Shown here piece after piece: positions 56,803 through 64,000 of a stretch of 64,000 nucleotides of DNA. The DNA lies in the NCBI RefSeq assembly GCF_009914755.1, contig NC_060935.1; one strand, given 5' to 3'. Every line of letters begins with the position of its first letter. Position 1 is the stretch's first letter. The position numbers and the translations under genes are program-made. This DNA comes from the human T2T-CHM13v2.0 reference genome, Homo sapiens. The notes below the pieces were generated by a model. The model saw only the letters and a program-made list of their open reading frames with translations, was not told where the DNA came from and did no database searches.

Positions 56803-58075
56803 TTATGATGGAGTAGTGTTTATTACAGAGATACAAGTGTGGTAACATTTGAAAATCAATCAGTGTAATCCACCATATTAATAGGCATGATTATATCAAT
56901 CAATGCAGTAAAAGCATTAGATAAAACTCAATGCATATTCATGATTAAAAAAAAAATCCCTGGAAACTAGAAACAGGGAAATTCTTCAACGTGATAATGA
57001 GTAGCTAAAGCTAAAATTGTACTAAATGGCAAAAGACTGAATAATTTCTCTCTAATATCTGGAAAAGGCAAGGATGTCCACTCCAACCACTGTTATTCTG
57101 CAAAGTGCTGAAACTTCTAACCACTTTAAAAGGGTAAGAACAGAGAGGGGAAAAGGTATTCATTTTAAAAAGGAGGAAATAAATTGTTCTTATTTGCAGA
57201 TGACAGGATTGTCGACATATAAAATCCCAAGGAATCTCCAAAATTCCCCAAGATCCATGATACAAGATAAAATCAATTGCATTTCTATATACTGGCAATG
57301 AACATGTGCACACAAAAACTAAAAATACAGTTGCTAAAAATCAGAGAGAGAAATACTTAGATGTAAAACTAACAAATCATATGTAGGACTTTGATGCTGA
57401 AAACTGCTAAATGCTGATGAGAGAAATCAAATGAGTTCTAAAAAAAATTTAGGTGTAGACCATGTTCATGGATTTGAAGACTCAACATAGTATAGATGTG
57501 AAATCACCCCTAACTGATATACAGATGTAGTTCAAATCCTATTGAAATCCCAGAAAGTCTGTTGTGACTATGAATATTACTTTAAAATTTATATGAAAAT
57601 TAAATAAACTAGAATAGCTGCATTAATTTTGAAAAAAGAATAAAGTAGAAGAAATCAGCCTAAGCGATTTCAAGAACTATTATATAGCTATAATAATCAA
57701 GACTGTGTGTTCAGCCTTGACCTAAGTCATACATACTGTAAAACTTAAAGAAAAAAAAACACAAAGGCAGAAGAAAATTGTCAGGAACTTAGGTTATGCG
57801 AGGATTAATAAGACTTGAGACCAAAATTGCAATCCATAATAGAAAAAAATGGACAAATTTGACTCTAGAAATATTAAAAAGATTTGCTATATGAAAGACC
57901 CAATTTTAAAATACAAACTACATAGTTGAGGAGAAAATATTCCTAAATCACATACTTGACAATGAATTAGAATCTTGAATATATATACTACTCAAGGCTC
58001 AACTATAGAAAAAGCAAACAAATCATAAAAAACAGGCAAGCAACTCAATTGAAGAGTTCATAGATTTATAGGTGG

Positions 58076-58078
<3 letters not shown>

Positions 58079-58111
<33 letters not shown>

Positions 58112-58117
58112 ACACAC
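58079..58117. repeat. (CA)n microsatellite
   Basis: Read directly; one GA interruption. Confidence 0.95.
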
Positions 58118-58488
58118 CATTTATCTAAATTAGCCATTAGACAAATGTAAAGTAAAACAATAATAAGATATCACTACATACATATCAGAATGATGAAAAA
58201 GTTTTTAGAATAGTGAAAACACCAAGTGCTGGTGATGATGCAGAGAAACTGGATAACTCATATATTCCTGATGGAAATGTAAAAATGATACAATCACTAT
58301 GTGAAAAACAGTTTGACAATTTCTTAAAAAACTAAATACATAACTTCTATACAATCCAGTGATTATGATTATGGGCACTTATCCAGATAAATGTAATCTT
58401 ATGTAAATAAAACGTGTACAATTGTTCATAGCAGATTTATTCATCATAGCCCCAAACTGAAAACAATCCAGATGTTGTTCACAGATGA

Positions 58489-58521
<33 letters not shown>

Positions 58522-59214
58522 CCACACCTGGTATCTATACCATGCAATACTACATAGCAATTTAGGGCAGTGAAACTATTCTAAATGATACTCTAATGGT
58601 GGATAAATGTCAAAATATATTTATCACAATACATAGAATGTAAAACACCAAGCGTGAACCCTAATGTAAACCATGGACTTTGGGCAATAATTTGTCAATT
58701 TAGATTCCTAGATTGTAACAGATAAAACCCTCTCATATGGGAGGCAGTTCCTATGAGAGAAGGAGTACGTGGGAAATCTCTGTGCCATCTGCTCAATTAT
58801 TCTGTAAACCTAAAACTGCTTTTAAAAATAAAGTATATTAAAATTAACTAAAAGTATTAAAAAAAAGTAATGATCAAATGCATGATAAAATGTTAAAAAA
58901 TGTATGAGCAGAATTTCTTTTAACAATAAAGGAAAAGATTAAGAAAATATGCCTAAATATGTACAATGGCTTCTTTGAATTTATGATTGTATGAATTTTT
59001 TTGTCCTTCCTTACAAGTTTATGTACTTTCTGAATTTTCTGAAATGAGTCTGTGCACTCAAAAAGATACAAGATGCTATTTATTAAGTAGTTTATGTCAT
59101 GCACTATTGTACGTGCTTTATAAGCAGTATGAGGCTGATATAAGTCCATATTCATAAAGTGCATAAACACCTTTTAGTACATAATAGGCATACAAGTGTT
59201 TGTTAAATAAAATA

Positions 59215-59400
59215 ATAGGGTCATGTCACTTAATTTTCACAAAACCTTTATAAGGTAGGAAATATTAACATCATTTAAATGAGAAAATTAAGAAAATAGA
59301 AGGCTTAGTTAACTTCTCAAAGCTTACACTGCTAATACATACTAATATCAGGATTCAAATCCAGGCAGTTATCTTTAATTCTGTATTCTTCACCACCACA
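59215..59400 (-). mobile_element. MIR
   Basis: TAATTTTCACAAAACCTTTATAAGGTAGG; CAGGATTCAAATCCAGGCAG. Confidence 0.6.
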
Positions 59401-59898
59401 AATTTAATTGATCTAAGTTGTGCCCTCCAATTCACTCCTGGTGGTTGTATCTGAACTGATTGTCTAGTTCCACAACATTTTATGTTTGCTTTAGCATAAT
59501 TTATTCTCTTTCTTGGAGGAATGGGATTAAAAGTATTTGCATTTTTCTCACCAGTGTAGGCACATATGATGGGATCTAGAGTTCAACAAAAAGTTAACAC
59601 TCTGAAGTAAGCAAAACATAAACACACCCTTCCACAATCAAGCTGCTGCCTTCTTTAAAGAAACAGGACAATGAAGGAGAGACTGAAAAAGTTGTACTGC
59701 AGTCTTTTACAGCTCAGCTTTATGTTAATATAAGGGTCCTTGCCTTTGGAATTTAATCTCATTACATTTTTTAGTTTGCAAAATTAAGTAACTAAAAACT
59801 TTACTATTCATCAGAAAGTATTAACACCCTTCTATTATTATTTAAAGACCCTAACTTTTACTGTTTAAATGCTATTAGCCCAAGAATCTGTTACTTAC

Positions 59899-60267
59899 TG
59901 CTATGGTTTGAATGTATTCCCAAAATTAATGTGTTGGAAACTCAATCCCCAGTGCAACAGTGTTAGGAGGCGAGGCTTAATAGGAGGTGCTTAAGAATGA
60001 ATTAATTAGGGTATAAAAGGGACTTGAGAGCATGTATTCTTTCTCTTCTGTTCGTTTACTGCGTGACTACACAGAGTTTGACACCTTTCATCCCTTCTGC
60101 CTTCCACCATGTGAGGACACAGCAAGATCAAGGCATCTTGATAAGATGCTAGTGACTTGATCTTGGACTTTCAGTCCCCAGAACTGTGAGAAGAAAAAAA
60201 AATCCTATTCTTTATAAATTAACCAGCCCATGATATTCTGTTACAGCAGCACAAAATGGACCAACAC
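59899..60267 (+). mobile_element. MST-family (MSTC-like) solo LTR
   Basis: TGCTATGGTTTGAATGT start; CCATGTGAGGACACAGCAAG; CCAGAACTGTGAG; ACAGCAGCACAAAATGGAC end. Confidence 0.82.
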
Positions 60268-60789
60268 TTTAGTGTTAATTTCTACTCTTTTTACTCTTAA
60301 TTACTGTAGACAAATGAATCTATATCCCTATTAATGCAAAGTATATTATAACGTATTTTACAACCTAGAATAAATTAATACTTATTAGAGTAATAAATCT
60401 GATTTCATTTTCCTCTAACACATTGCAAAGAAACATATTTAAGATTATGACCAAATATATTTTAGTATTTCTATATAGGGATATCAGAACAAACTAATCA
60501 GAAGTATTGTAAAAATTTTAAAATAAGTAGAGACCTGACATTTCAGTCAATAAGAGGTTATAATAGCCATAGCCTTATAGCAGGAATAGATACAATTGCC
60601 AGTATTCACTGAGGTACTACATGCCCTGACAATCAAAGCAGCATGTTTAAGTTGAGAAAACACAATTCTTTTGAACAGCAGAGGGACAATAGATCAAACC
60701 CTTAGTATTCATAAGAAGCAGTGGTAAAAAACGTATTTATTACTTAACGTATTTCTTCCTTTAATTTGTTTCCTGTTATTTGTATTTTC

Positions 60790-62085
<1,296 letters not shown>

Positions 62086-62495
62086 TTATGTGTAACTAAT
62101 GCCTTTAATAACTGAAAATGGAGTGAGTTGATTCAATGATATGAAAAATAAAATATCTTGGAAATGAAAACATTATCCTTTACCTTTGTCTTATTCTGCA
62201 TCCTACCCCCATGTTCTTATTCAAATATTTGTTCTTCTATCTTATTGTTTATGTCACTTACAGGCATTGTCTTACCCATTTTGCTTTTGAAGATTGAATT
62301 CTTTCTCATTATCCTTGACAGGCCCTGAAAATATTCTTTTTTAATCTTAGCAATGACCATATTCTGCAACCAAATCACTATATTGTAGGCTGCCTTTCTA
62401 TGTATTGCTACATGCACCTACTTATCTTGCCTCTTTAAAACCTACTGATTTCTGGGCTTTTCTGATGCTGACTCCAGACCTAGATATGGTCTAAA

Positions 62496-62601
62496 TTCCC
62501 CCTTTCCCTTTCCTTTTCCTTTCCCTTTTCCTTTTCCTCTTCCTCTTCCTCTTTCTCTTCCTTCCTTCCTCCCTTCCTTCTTTTTTGCCTTTCCTTTCTT
62601 C
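62496..62601. repeat. Polypyrimidine simple repeat (CTTTTC/CTCTTC)n
   Basis: About 100 nt almost purely C/T. Confidence 0.9.
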
Positions 62602-64000
62602 AGTAGTTTTCTGAGTATCTATGAAGGACAAGAAATTGTGATAAACACTAGGAATACGAGAGCGGAATACTGTATATGTAATCCCTACCTTCATTAGAGG
62701 AAGTTGAGATAAAATTTTTAAAATAACAAAATAATCTGAGTTATCTGGGAATTACAATTTGCTAAGGTGATACATAGCAAGAACATAATATGTAGCTCAG
62801 GTGAGACGGGAAATTGTCCCTGAGGGACAAGTGCAGCAAGAGTTAGGCTCATTGACACTATTTTCATCATTATGTGAGGCTATACCCCTCTCCTTATGTT
62901 TGTCCTTACCCTAGGGCTGAATCCTTTTATCATATTCTGGACTGTGATCTCTAGTAGCCCCACAGATTTCTGAACTGCCCATGAGTTCTTCCATATGACA
63001 AGGACTTTCTGTATCAGAATGTCTTACCAGTACTTAACTTTATGTAACACATAGTTCCCTGAATAAGGGTCCTAAATTAATTCCACAGGTTTTACTCTCC
63101 TACTGCAGTTTTAATTTAGTATAAAAATAGCTAGAGGTGAGAGAACACATTTAATTAAATATTGTATGCAGCTGATGAATGTATACAAAAGCATCACCTA
63201 AGGGGTATAGATTTTTATAATGAGCTTTTTTCTTTGACTTTCTTTGACTTCCAACCCTATTTGAACTTCTACTCTGAAAGGCTAGAATGCTCTTATCTTG
63301 CACTTTCAATTTTACTATAGGCTTTTTGGAAGAGCTGAATTGGTCCTGCTTGCTGTTTGCACAGCAGGGTCCATCCTCATGATGCCTCGAATCTCACTGT
63401 TATCCTGAACTGCCAGAACAATTCTTGACTATCTTAATGAGACTCAGCACCCGAGTCCTGATGCCAAAGTGAAGCTTTTGCTAAAGAGTTCAAGCAGCAT
63501 CTAGTGAAGAACTTATTCTGTGCCACATTGTCAGTAAAAAAATAAATATTTCCCATAACCCAAGCAATGACCTTGAATTTACTAAGGGAATTAACTAAAA
63601 TGCAGTAGACTCAGCTATGTTTTCATTGACTACCAGGGACAAATTAGGTATTGCATGGGGTGAGAGATGGTTTTATGATACCCTTTATTCCTTTAGGGGA
63701 CAAATATTCTCACTTTATCCCAACCTCAATAAATAACTGACTCTCAGACAGTAAATACTAAACTTCTTCACATACACAGTATTGTCCTAGAATATAGATG
63801 AGTTAATTTTAGGAAGCCTGAACATATTTCTATTGTCACCATTTTATTCTACCCACATCATCAGGCCCTCTACATGCATTTGTGGCTTATCAAAGCTATG
63901 TACATTGAGGCTTTACTGTGTTGTTTCATAGTTTATATTGTCCCTGACTTGCTACAGGAAGGTGGACCGGCTATAATTTTTACTGATAGGCTTCAGCACT

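Noticed and set aside
63340-63520. Higher-GC unique segment after a CAG acceptor-like site
   Set aside because: Stops in all three plus frames and no strong donor.

Overview
AT-rich primate (human or great-ape) genomic DNA made almost entirely of transposable-element sequence. I found no host protein-coding gene, rRNA, tRNA or CRISPR array. The longer ORFs in the track trace to LINE-1, THE1-internal, Alu or simple-repeat sequence. Main elements: a complete THE1B-type MaLR element (546-2883); a full-length but dead L1PA2/L1PA3-type LINE-1 on the minus strand (27655-33700); a twin-primed, inverted L1PA7-type insertion nested in an ancient L1MC-type element (51067-56033); truncated L1s, Alus/FRAMs, hAT DNA transposons, MLT/MST LTRs, L2 and MIR relics. 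I see no new biological system in the gene-cassette sense. The best signals are mechanistic scars: (1) two apparent L1 3' transductions, each with its own poly(A) signal; (2) an L1 antisense ORF0 whose frame stays open out of the element into unique flank (213 aa); (3) a full-length L1 with no matching target-site duplication (TSD); (4) a 130-bp inverted-repeat patchwork at 25063-25193; (5) a compound microsatellite born inside one copy of an Alu TSD. Subfamily names come from recalled consensus diagnostics and old-repeat boundaries are approximate; confirm with RepeatMasker/Dfam.
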